Assembly (NCBI GenBank): GCA_958296285.1
Contig: OY282459.1
Coordinates: forward strand, 1,208,336-1,272,335
Direction: 5' to 3'
Length of the DNA stretch: 64,000 nucleotides
Origin: an uncultured Alphaproteobacteria bacterium
GTDB lineage: Bacteria > Pseudomonadota > Alphaproteobacteria > JAPOUT01 > G958296285
Shown: positions 46,010 through 54,143 of the stretch, in pieces
How positions within the stretch are numbered: position 1 is the first letter of the stretch
Layout: each line of letters opens with the position of its first letter
Notes under the pieces: model-generated
Told to the model about the DNA's origin: nothing
The model's input: the letters and a program-made list of their open reading frames with translations, nothing else
Databases searched by the model: none
Position numbers and translations under genes: made by a program

Positions 46010-49000
46010 CGCGCCGCTCTCATGGTCTGATCTGACAGGAGAAGCTTTTCCTAATCTGCCCAATGAAGGCGCTCTGAAAATCGGCGGCGCGGCGCAGCCT
46101 CTGGACGCGCTCTTTGTCGCCGAAGCGCTGAAAACCAACAGAATCACAAGCGCGCTCTGGATCGTCAGCGGCAACGCCAGACTCGCCGCGCTTGCCAAAA
46201 CGCTGGACATCCTCGCCCCCAATCTCCAAAAAATCACGATCCCCGCCTGGGACTGCCTCCCCTATGATCGCGTCTCGCCCGATCCGACAAGCGCCGCCGA
46301 AATCGCCGCAGCCCTCGCCGAAATCGCGCAGGACGCCAAGACCGCTCCGCTTATCCTCGCCGCCGCCCCGATGGTCTCGCGGAAGATTCCGCCCAAAAAC
46401 ATCATGGCGGAAGGCTCTCTGACGATAAGAAAAGGCGAGAGGCAGGACAGAGCCTCCATCATCCGCTTTCTTGAGCGATGGGGTTTTAGGCGCGCGGCGT
46501 CTGTCGCGCAGCTCGGAGACTATGCCCTTCGCGGGAGCATCATAGACGTCTATCCGCCCCGCGCCGCGCCGACACGGATAGATTTCTTCGGCGATGAGGC
46601 GGAGACCCTCCGCCATTTTGACGTGGCAAGCCAGCGCACGCTCGCCGAAACGGAGAGAATCACAATCCGCGCCGCCAGCGAAGTCAGGCTGGACGAAGAA
46701 ACCGCCAAAAACTTTCGGACAGCATGGCGCGAGATTTTCGGCGTCAAGGCGGCGCGCGAAACTTTTCCGACAGCGATCGGCGAGAGAATCCGCGAACCGG
46801 GCATGGAGCATAATCTCCCTCTTTTCTATCAAACCATGACGACGATCTTCTCCTATATCCCTCAAAATGCCGCGATTTTTCTAGATCCCGACAGCGAAGA
46901 GGCGGCAGAGCGGCATCGCGATCTCATCCGCTCCTGCCATGACGAGCGCGCGCGACTCGCCAAACACGCCGAAGAAGAGGAGGCATGGCGACCCCTTCCT
47001 CCCAAAAAACTCTGGCTGGACGAAAAACTATGGCGGCAGGCGCTTCAAGCGCGGCGCGGTCTGACGTTCAGCCCTTTCGCCGCGAGAGACGGAATCGCCG
47101 ATTTGGGAGGGCGAGCCGTTCCGGATTTCTCCGCGCATCGCATAAAGAGGGAAGGGCTTCTTCAAGCGCTCCGCGAGCGCGCCCAAGAAATTTGGAAAAC
47201 AGGCGGGATGGTTCTCCTCGCGGCGCGAGACGAGGCGGCATTGAATCGTCTTGAAAACACGCTGGAAAAAGAAGCCGCGCTCCCATCGGCGCGGACGGAT
47301 TGGACGCGCCTCGCCTCTCTGCCTCCGAAAACTGTCGGTCTGATCGCGATCCCGCTAGAAACAGGCTTTCGCGTCAGGCGTCTGACGCTGCTGACGGAAG
47401 GCGATCTCTTCGGACATAAAAGACGCCGCCCTATCGCGATCTCGCGCGCGGACGCGAAAGACGTTCTCCGCCGCTTTCAATCGCTGATGCCCGGCGATCT
47501 GATCGTCCATCTGGAACATGGAGTCGGACGCTTCCACGGACTCCGCCGCCTCCGCGTCTCCGAAGACGAGCATGAATGTTTTGAACTCGTCTATCAGAAT
47601 GACGACCGCCTGCTGCTGCCTGTGGAAAACGCCGAACTCCTCTCGCGCTATGGCGGAGACGGCGAAGCCCCGCTGGACAAACTCGGCGCGGCGGGATGGC
47701 AGGCGCGTCATGCGCGAGTGAAAAAGCGCGTCCGCGAGATGGCAGGGGAGCTTATTCGGTTGGCGGCGGAGCGCAGCGCCTCGCAGGCGGCGCGCTTGAC
47801 CCCGCCCCAAGGACTCTATGACGAATTCCGCGCCCGCTTCCCCTATGACGAAACCCCCGATCAGGCGCGAGCCGAAGAAGAGATGATCGCCGATCTCTCG
47901 GCAGGAAAGCCGATGGATCGTCTGATTTGCGGGGATGTCGGCTTCGGCAAGACCGAGCTCGCGCTCCGCGCCGCCTTCATTGTGGCGATGGCGGGGCGGC
48001 AGAGCGCTATCATCACGCCAACGACCCTCCTCTGCCGACAGCATCTGGAGACGTTCCGCCTCCGTTTTGAAGGCTTGCCGATGAAAATCGGCCATGTGTC
48101 CCGACTCGTCTCGCGCAAGGAGATTGACGCCGCCCGCCGTCAATGCCGAGACGGAACGATGGACATCGTCATCGGAACCCATGCGCTTTTGTCGGAAGAG
48201 ACGGCGTTCCGCGATCTGGGGCTTCTTGTCGTGGATGAAGAGCAGCATTTCGGGGTCGCCCATAAAGAGAGGCTGAAGGCGCTCAAGGAGAAGAAGGAGA
48301 ATGTCCATGTGCTGACGCTGACGGCGACTCCGATCCCGCGCACGCTGCAGCTGGCGCTCTCCGGAGCGCGGGATATGTCCCTGATTGGGACGCCGCCGCG
48401 CGACCGCATCTCGGTGCAGAGTTTCGTCGGCCCCTTTGACGCGATGACGCTCCGCCGCGCCATGATCCGCGAGAAGGCGCGGGGAGGGCAGAGTTTTATT
48501 GTCGTCCCGCGCATATCCGATCTGCCTCGGATGGAGCGCTTTTTAGAAACCCATCTCGCCGACCTCAAGAGAATCGCGCTTCACGGACGCATGCCCCCTA
48601 AAGAGATGGAGCGCGGCATCGGCGCGTTCTATGACGGAAACGCCGATATTCTCCTCTCCACCCATATTGTGGAATCCGGGCTGGACATCCCCGCCGCCAA
48701 CACGATCATCATTTATCGGTCGCATATGTTTGGCTTGGCGCAGCTGCATCAGCTGCGGGGGAGGGTCGGGCGATCCGATCGGCAAGCCTATGCCTATTTC
48801 ACGCTGCCGGCAGGCGCTCTGACAGGCAATGCCGAGCGCAGATTGTCGGCGCTTCAGGCGGTCGATTCTTTGGGCGCGGGCTTCTCATTGGCGGCGCAGG
48901 ATTTGGATCTGCGCGGCGCAGGGAATCTCCTCGGCGCCGAGCAGTCCGGACATATCCGCGAAGTCGGCTATGAACTCTATCAGCAGATGCTGGAAGACGC

Positions 49001-49607
49001 CGTCCGAAATCTTCGCCAAAATGGCGTTCGCCAAAATGGCGTGCGCCAAAATGGCGTTCGCCAAAATGGCGTCCGCAAAGAGGGCGAAAGCCCGAAAGAC
49101 GCCGAAGCGCCGTTCTCCCCGACGATGAGGATTGGCGTCACGGCGCTCATTCCCGAAGATTACGCGCCGGATTTGGCGCTCCGCCTGCGTCTCTATCGCC
49201 GCCTCGCCGATATGACCCGCGATTCGGAGATAGAGGAATTCCGCGAGGAACTGCGAGACCGTTTCGGCGCGACTCCTCCGCCTTTGGAGAATCTGCTCAA
49301 ACTCGCCTCTTTGAAGAATCTCTGCCGCCGCGCGAATATCGCTTCGGTGGAGGCGGGCGCGGGCGGCGGACGTTTCACGTTCCATCGCGGGCGGTTCGCC
49401 AATCCCGAAGGTCTGGCGCGCTTTCTGATGGAGGGGGCGGGCGCGTCTCTTTCGCCGGATCATGTCCTTTCCGTCCGAAGAGATTGGCGCGAGAATCGCA
49501 TGGAGGCGCTGCAGGATTTCCTTGCGCGTCTTGTCAAGATTGCCGAAAATACAAATACAGCCAACAATGGAGCGACAAGAGAAAGCGATGCTAAAACCCC
49601 TCTCTGA
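46002..49607 (+). CDS. mfd: Transcription-repair coupling factor
   Basis: 1201 aa, with GDVGFGKTE, DEEQHFGV, TATPIPRT and the central CarD-like region HLEHGVGRF. Confidence 0.95.
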   Translation: MSDAPLSWSDLTGEAFPNLPNEGALKIGGAAQPLDALFVAEALKTNRITSALWIVSGNARLAALAKTLDILAPNLQKITIPAWDCLPYDRVSPDPTSAAEIAAALAEIAQDAKTAPLILAAAPMVSRKIPPKNIMAEGSLTIRKGERQDRASIIRFLERWGFRRAASVAQLGDYALRGSIIDVYPPRAAPTRIDFFGDEAETLRHFDVASQRTLAETERITIRAASEVRLDEETAKNFRTAWREIFGVKAARETFPTAIGERIREPGMEHNLPLFYQTMTTIFSYIPQNAAIFLDPDSEEAAERHRDLIRSCHDERARLAKHAEEEEAWRPLPPKKLWLDEKLWRQALQARRGLTFSPFAARDGIADLGGRAVPDFSAHRIKREGLLQALRERAQEIWKTGGMVLLAARDEAALNRLENTLEKEAALPSARTDWTRLASLPPKTVGLIAIPLETGFRVRRLTLLTEGDLFGHKRRRPIAISRADAKDVLRRFQSLMPGDLIVHLEHGVGRFHGLRRLRVSEDEHECFELVYQNDDRLLLPVENAELLSRYGGDGEAPLDKLGAAGWQARHARVKKRVREMAGELIRLAAERSASQAARLTPPQGLYDEFRARFPYDETPDQARAEEEMIADLSAGKPMDRLICGDVGFGKTELALRAAFIVAMAGRQSAIITPTTLLCRQHLETFRLRFEGLPMKIGHVSRLVSRKEIDAARRQCRDGTMDIVIGTHALLSEETAFRDLGLLVVDEEQHFGVAHKERLKALKEKKENVHVLTLTATPIPRTLQLALSGARDMSLIGTPPRDRISVQSFVGPFDAMTLRRAMIREKARGGQSFIVVPRISDLPRMERFLETHLADLKRIALHGRMPPKEMERGIGAFYDGNADILLSTHIVESGLDIPAANTIIIYRSHMFGLAQLHQLRGRVGRSDRQAYAYFTLPAGALTGNAERRLSALQAVDSLGAGFSLAAQDLDLRGAGNLLGAEQSGHIREVGYELYQQMLEDAVRNLRQNGVRQNGVRQNGVRQNGVRKEGESPKDAEAPFSPTMRIGVTALIPEDYAPDLALRLRLYRRLADMTRDSEIEEFREELRDRFGATPPPLENLLKLASLKNLCRRANIASVEAGAGGGRFTFHRGRFANPEGLARFLMEGAGASLSPDHVLSVRRDWRENRMEALQDFLARLVKIAENTNTANNGATRESDAKTPL
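49024..49083 (+). repeat. In-frame 15-bp tandem repeat x4 (plus a partial fifth) inside mfd
   Basis: CGCCAAAATGGCGT(T/G/C) repeated, encoding (RQNGV)x4. Confidence 0.9.
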
Positions 49608-50943
49608 AACGATCCGCCCCGAAAAAGGGGGATACAAACCCGCCTACGGCATAAAATATCCGAACAAGCCCGGCGGCTTTGATCTCTCCGACATGGTGCA
49701 GTTCAAACAGGGGCAGCCCTATGACTATTTCCATAAATTGAGAAAGGCGGCGCCGGTCTCATGGTGGGAACTGCCTGAAGGCGTGGAAATGGCGGGCTAT
49801 TGGTCGCTGACGCGCTATGAGGACGTCAAAGCCTGCGACTCGGACGCCAAGCGCTTCTCGTCCCAAAAAGGCGGAATCCTGATGGGCTATATGGAAGACG
49901 AAAATTTCGTCTCCAATCTCCGCCCCGTCAAGAGATTGAGCGCGGCGAGTCTGAACAGCATGATCAATCTGGATCAGCCTTTTCATATTCCGCTGCGGAT
50001 GGAGCATCGTCCTTTTTTCACGCCGGACTTCGTCAAAAAATTGCGGGGCAGCGTGGAAGCGGAGGTGGATCGCCTCTTGGACAAGATGGAGGCAATCGCC
50101 AAGACGCAAAACGGCTATGTGGATATGGTGCCGCATTTCTCGGAGCGGCTGCCTCTTTTCACCGTGTGCGAGATGCTCGGCGTGGATCAGAAAGATCGCC
50201 CGAAAATCGTCCGATGGATGCATTATTTGGAACTCGCCGGCTATATCCTCGCCGATCCTGAAAGTTCGGTCAGTCCGTTGTTTGTCGGGAAATTCCTATG
50301 GAACGTCAGGCAGATGTTCCGCTTCGGCGAGAAAATCCTGCAAGAGCGCCGCGACAATCCCCGTGACGATCTCCTAACGCTGATCGCCAACGCCAAACTG
50401 GACGGCAAGCCGATGGAGCAGAACTATCTGGACGGATCATGGCTTCTGATCGTCTTCGCCGGGAACGACACGACCCGAAACTCTCTCTCAGGCACGATGA
50501 AACTCCTGACGCAGTTCCCCGATCAAAAGCGAATGCTGACAGAAGACCCCGCGCTGATGCCAAAAATGACGCCTGAGGCGCTCCGCCTCGTCTCGCCTGT
50601 CATGTATATGCGCCGCACGGCTCTGGAAGACGCCGAATTCTCCGAACAAAAAATCGCCAAAGGCGAGAAAATCGTCATGTGGTATGGCGCGGCGAACCGC
50701 GATCCCGAAATCTTCGCCGATCCCGATCGGATGGACATCCATCGCAACAACGCCGCCGATCATCTCGCCTTTGGGACGGGACCGCATGTCTGTCTCGGGC
50801 AGAGGATCGCTATCATGCAGCTGGAAGCCGCCTATGCGAGGATTCTCGCGCGCTTCCCAAAGATCCGATGGACAGGGCGGGTCAATCATGCGCCGAGCAA
50901 TTTCGTTCATGCGATCTCCAGCCTCACTGTCAAACTGCATTGA
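49588..50943 (+). CDS. Cytochrome P450
   Basis: Heme-thiolate loop [11 protein letters not shown] and ExxR (EALR). The start is 49588 or 49567, and both overlap the mfd 3' end. Confidence 0.85.
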   Translation: MLKPLSETIRPEKGGYKPAYGIKYPNKPGGFDLSDMVQFKQGQPYDYFHKLRKAAPVSWWELPEGVEMAGYWSLTRYEDVKACDSDAKRFSSQKGGILMGYMEDENFVSNLRPVKRLSAASLNSMINLDQPFHIPLRMEHRPFFTPDFVKKLRGSVEAEVDRLLDKMEAIAKTQNGYVDMVPHFSERLPLFTVCEMLGVDQKDRPKIVRWMHYLELAGYILADPESSVSPLFVGKFLWNVRQMFRFGEKILQERRDNPRDDLLTLIANAKLDGKPMEQNYLDGSWLLIVFAGNDTTRNSLSGTMKLLTQFPDQKRMLTEDPALMPKMTPEALRLVSPVMYMRRTALEDAEFSEQKIAKGEKIVMWYGAANRDPEIFADPDRMDIHRNNAADHLAFGTGPHVCLGQRIAIMQLEAAYARILARFPKIRWTGRVNHAPSNFVHAISSLTVKLH

Positions 50944-50959
50944 AGGAAAAGGAGAAACA

Positions 50960-52111
50960 ATGGGACAGGGACCTCTCTCAGGCATAAAAATGCTGGAATT
51001 CGCCGGGATCGGCCCCGGCCCTTTCTGCGCGATGCTGCTCGCCGATATGGGCGCGGAGATCATTCGGATTGACAGAAAAACGGGCGAGCTCGGCGGATCG
51101 GCGGCGCGCGGACAGCATGACATCATGCGGCGCGGACGGCGATCTCTGGCGATCAATCTGAAAAAACCGGAGAGCGTGGAGACTTGTCTGCGTCTGATGG
51201 AAAAAGCGGACGCGATTATGGAAGGCTTTCGCCCCGGCGTCATGGAAAGACTCGGATTGGGGCCGGAGGTCGCCCTCAAGCGGAATCCATCGCTCGTCTA
51301 TGGGCGCATGACGGGATGGGGGCAGACAGGCCCGCTCGCCCTCGCCGCCGGCCATGACATCAATTATATCGCGCTCACCGGCGTCCTCCACGCGATGGGC
51401 AGGGAAGGGGAGAAGCCCTATCCGCCGCTCAATCTGACAGGCGATTTCGGAGGCGGCGCGCTCTATTTGGCGATGGGCATTTGCGCCGCGCTGTTGGAGG
51501 CGAAGCGGTCGGGGAAGGGGCAGGTCGTGGATTGCGCCATGACGGACGGCTCGGCATCCCTAATGGCGATGTTCTTCGGCATGAAAGCGGCGGGCATCTG
51601 GGACGCCGAGACGCGCGGCGTCAATGTCTTGGACGGCGGCGCGCATTTTTACGACTCTTACGAAACCGCAGACGGCAAATGGATTTCCATCGGCTCTATA
51701 GAGCCGCAATTCTACGCGATCCTCCGCGAAAAGACCGGTCTCGCCGAAGATAAAAATTTTGATGCGCAAATGTCCCGCGAGGATTGGCGCGACATGCGCG
51801 GCAAACTGACCGCAATCTTCAAAACAAAAACGCGCGAGGAATGGAACGAAATCTTGGAGGGCAGCGACGCCTGTTTCGCCCCCGTTCTTTCCATGGAAGA
51901 GGCGGCGAATCATCCGCATAATAAGGCGCGCGAAACCTTCGTGGAGCTGGACGGCGTCATGCAGCCGAATGTCGCGCCGCGCTTCAGTCGGACGCCGAGC
52001 GCGATTCAGCATCCGCCTCCCTCGCAGGGCGCGGACGGCAGGACGATCCTCAAAGATTGGGGCTTCTCCAAGGACGAAATCACCGCGCTGGAGAAAACCG
52101 AATCCATCTAA
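50960..52111 (+). CDS. Family III CoA-transferase (CaiB/BaiF / alpha-methylacyl-CoA racemase-like)
   Basis: N-terminus [32 protein letters not shown] with RBS GGAGAA upstream. The track ORF start at 50684 is too early. Confidence 0.85.
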   Translation: MGQGPLSGIKMLEFAGIGPGPFCAMLLADMGAEIIRIDRKTGELGGSAARGQHDIMRRGRRSLAINLKKPESVETCLRLMEKADAIMEGFRPGVMERLGLGPEVALKRNPSLVYGRMTGWGQTGPLALAAGHDINYIALTGVLHAMGREGEKPYPPLNLTGDFGGGALYLAMGICAALLEAKRSGKGQVVDCAMTDGSASLMAMFFGMKAAGIWDAETRGVNVLDGGAHFYDSYETADGKWISIGSIEPQFYAILREKTGLAEDKNFDAQMSREDWRDMRGKLTAIFKTKTREEWNEILEGSDACFAPVLSMEEAANHPHNKARETFVELDGVMQPNVAPRFSRTPSAIQHPPPSQGADGRTILKDWGFSKDEITALEKTESI

Positions 52112-52869
52112 TCCTGTCGGCGCTTTTCGGTCTGACGGCGCTTGTCTATGCGAGCGTGGGCTTTGGCGGCGGATCCACCTATATCGCGCTTCTGGCGATC
52201 AGCGGCGCGGATTATCGGATGATTCCGATTGTCGCGCTCTCCTGCAACCTTTGCGTTGTCGCCGGAGGCGTCATGCGCTTCGCCGCCGCAGGGCATTTGG
52301 ATATTTTGAAGATTCTGCCGCTTGTGATCGTCTCGGCGCCGATGGCGTGGGCCGGCGGCTCTCTCATTGTCTCGGAGGCGCTTTTTCTCGGTCTCTTGGG
52401 GTGGACGCTTCTCGCCGCGTCTCTTTTAACATGGCGGGGCGGGGCGCTTGATAGATCGCCGATTGTTAAAGGCGGCAAGACGGCTCTTCTTCTTGCGAGC
52501 GGCGGGGTTGGGTTTTTGTCGGGACTTGTCGGGATTGGCGGCGGGATTTTCCTCAGCCCTCTCCTTCATATCGCGCGGTGGGCGAAGCCGAAGGAGATTG
52601 CCGGAACGGCGGCGCTCTTTATTTTTGTCAATTCGGCGGCGGGGTTGATCGGACAGATCGGGAAAGGGTCTGGCGCGATTTATGGCGAGGCTCTGGGTTT
52701 CGCGCCTTTGCTGATCGCGGTGATTGTCGGCGGACAGATCGGCGCATTGTGGGGGGCGCGCCGCGCCGCGCAGGCGCGTCTCCGCAAGATCACGGCGGCG
52801 CTTGTTTTTCTCGTCTCTTTGCGCTTATTGTGGCGGTGGGGCGGACTCATCGGAATCTCGGCGTTATGA
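52057..52869 (+). CDS. TauE/SafE-family anion exporter-like membrane protein
   Basis: Polytopic, with two GxGGG-type motifs (VGFGGGS, VGIGGGI). The start is uncertain; TTG at 52057 overlaps the upstream gene. Confidence 0.65.
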   Translation: MGLLQGRNHRAGENRIHLILSALFGLTALVYASVGFGGGSTYIALLAISGADYRMIPIVALSCNLCVVAGGVMRFAAAGHLDILKILPLVIVSAPMAWAGGSLIVSEALFLGLLGWTLLAASLLTWRGGALDRSPIVKGGKTALLLASGGVGFLSGLVGIGGGIFLSPLLHIARWAKPKEIAGTAALFIFVNSAAGLIGQIGKGSGAIYGEALGFAPLLIAVIVGGQIGALWGARRAAQARLRKITAALVFLVSLRLLWRWGGLIGISAL

Positions 52870-53849
52870 AGAGGCTGACAGACAATTTCGGTCGCCGCAT
52901 TGATTATTTGCGTCTTTCGGTCACGGATCGCTGCAATTTGCGATGCGTGTATTGCATGCCGAAGAGGATGCGATTTCTTCCGAAGAGGGATGTTCTATCC
53001 ATTGAGGAGTTGGAGGCGCTGGCTTCGGCTTTCATTCGGCGGGGCGTCAGGGCTGTGCGGATCACCGGCGGCGAGCCTTTGATGCGCGGCGGCGTGATGC
53101 GATTGTTTCGCGCTTTGTCCCGTCATTTGCGCCGAGGGGATTTGGACGAGATCGCTTTAACGACGAATGGGTCGCGTCTTGCGTCTTTTGCCGGCGCTTT
53201 GAGGGATTGCGGCGTGGAGCGCGTCAATGTTTCTTTGGACACGTTGAAGCCTGATATTTTTTCGGCGCTGACGCGGGGCGGGTTGCTTTCGGAGGTTTTA
53301 TCGGGGCTTGAGGCTGCTGACAAAGCGGGGTTGAGGGTTAAGATTAATCTTGTTGTTCTTGGCGATGCGAATCTTGATGAGGTTCCGGAGGTTATTATGT
53401 GGGCGCATGGTCGGGGTTATGCGGTTTCGTTGATTGAGGTTATGCCGTTGGGGGATGTGGGCGAGGATCGTTTGGCGCAATATGTTCCGTTGGATTTTGT
53501 TCGGCGGCGTTTGTCTGAGCGATGGGTTTTGGAGGCGGAGGGTTATCGGAGTTTGGGGCCGTCGCGTTATGTTCGGGTGAGGGAGACGGGGGGGTTATTG
53601 GGTTTTATCACGCCGTTGACGGAGAATTTTTGCGCTTCGTGCAATCGGGTTCGGGTGAGTTGTGTTGGGGAGTTTTTTGGGTGTTTGGGTCGCGGGGTTT
53701 CTGTGGATTTGCGCGGGGCGTTGCGCGGGGGATTTTTGGATGAGGCGATAGACAGGGCGTTATTGGGGAAGATGTGGGGTCATGATTTTCGGATTGGTGG
53801 GGGAGTTGGGGTGCCTGTGGCGCGGCATATGTCGGTGACGGGGGGCTAG
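52866..53849 (+). CDS. moaA: GTP 3',8-cyclase (molybdenum cofactor biosynthesis)
   Basis: Radical-SAM CNLRCVYC motif and a C-terminal CASCNR cluster motif. ATGA overlap with the upstream gene. Confidence 0.9.
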   Translation: MKRLTDNFGRRIDYLRLSVTDRCNLRCVYCMPKRMRFLPKRDVLSIEELEALASAFIRRGVRAVRITGGEPLMRGGVMRLFRALSRHLRRGDLDEIALTTNGSRLASFAGALRDCGVERVNVSLDTLKPDIFSALTRGGLLSEVLSGLEAADKAGLRVKINLVVLGDANLDEVPEVIMWAHGRGYAVSLIEVMPLGDVGEDRLAQYVPLDFVRRRLSERWVLEAEGYRSLGPSRYVRVRETGGLLGFITPLTENFCASCNRVRVSCVGEFFGCLGRGVSVDLRGALRGGFLDEAIDRALLGKMWGHDFRIGGGVGVPVARHMSVTGG

Positions 53850-53890
53850 GCGGCTCCCGTTGAGGGGGGTTTGGGGGGCTAGCCCCCCAA

Positions 53891-53916
53891 GAAAAACCAA
53901 GCGGGCGAAGCCCGCT
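53891..53916 (-). terminator. Intrinsic-terminator-like hairpin in the R11 left arm (minus-strand sense)
   Basis: On the minus strand it reads AGCGGGC-TTC-GCCCGCT followed by TGGTTTTTC. It would end transcripts of the SBP gene after they cross the element. Confidence 0.45.
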
Positions 53917-54088
53917 ATAGTCGGCGGGCGTGGCGAAACGAAGCGAGCGTTAGCGAGCGAGAAAGCCCGCCGACCCCCCTGCTAGAAGAGCTCTTGTAAG
54001 CAGGGGCGGTTGGGGGGTGGGTCGCTTTTCCTCGTTTCGCTACGCTTCACTCGGAAAAGCTTTTTTCCCACCCCACCCCCCAACCTAT

Positions 54089-54118
54089 AGGCTGCCTTAC
54101 GGCAGCCTTGGTTTTTTT
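54089..54118 (+). terminator. Intrinsic-terminator-like hairpin in the R11 right arm
   Basis: AGGCTGCC-TTAC-GGCAGCCT followed by TGGTTTTTTT, downstream of moaA on the same strand. Confidence 0.5.
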
Positions 54119-54143
54119 GGGGGGCAAGCCCCCCAAACCCCCC

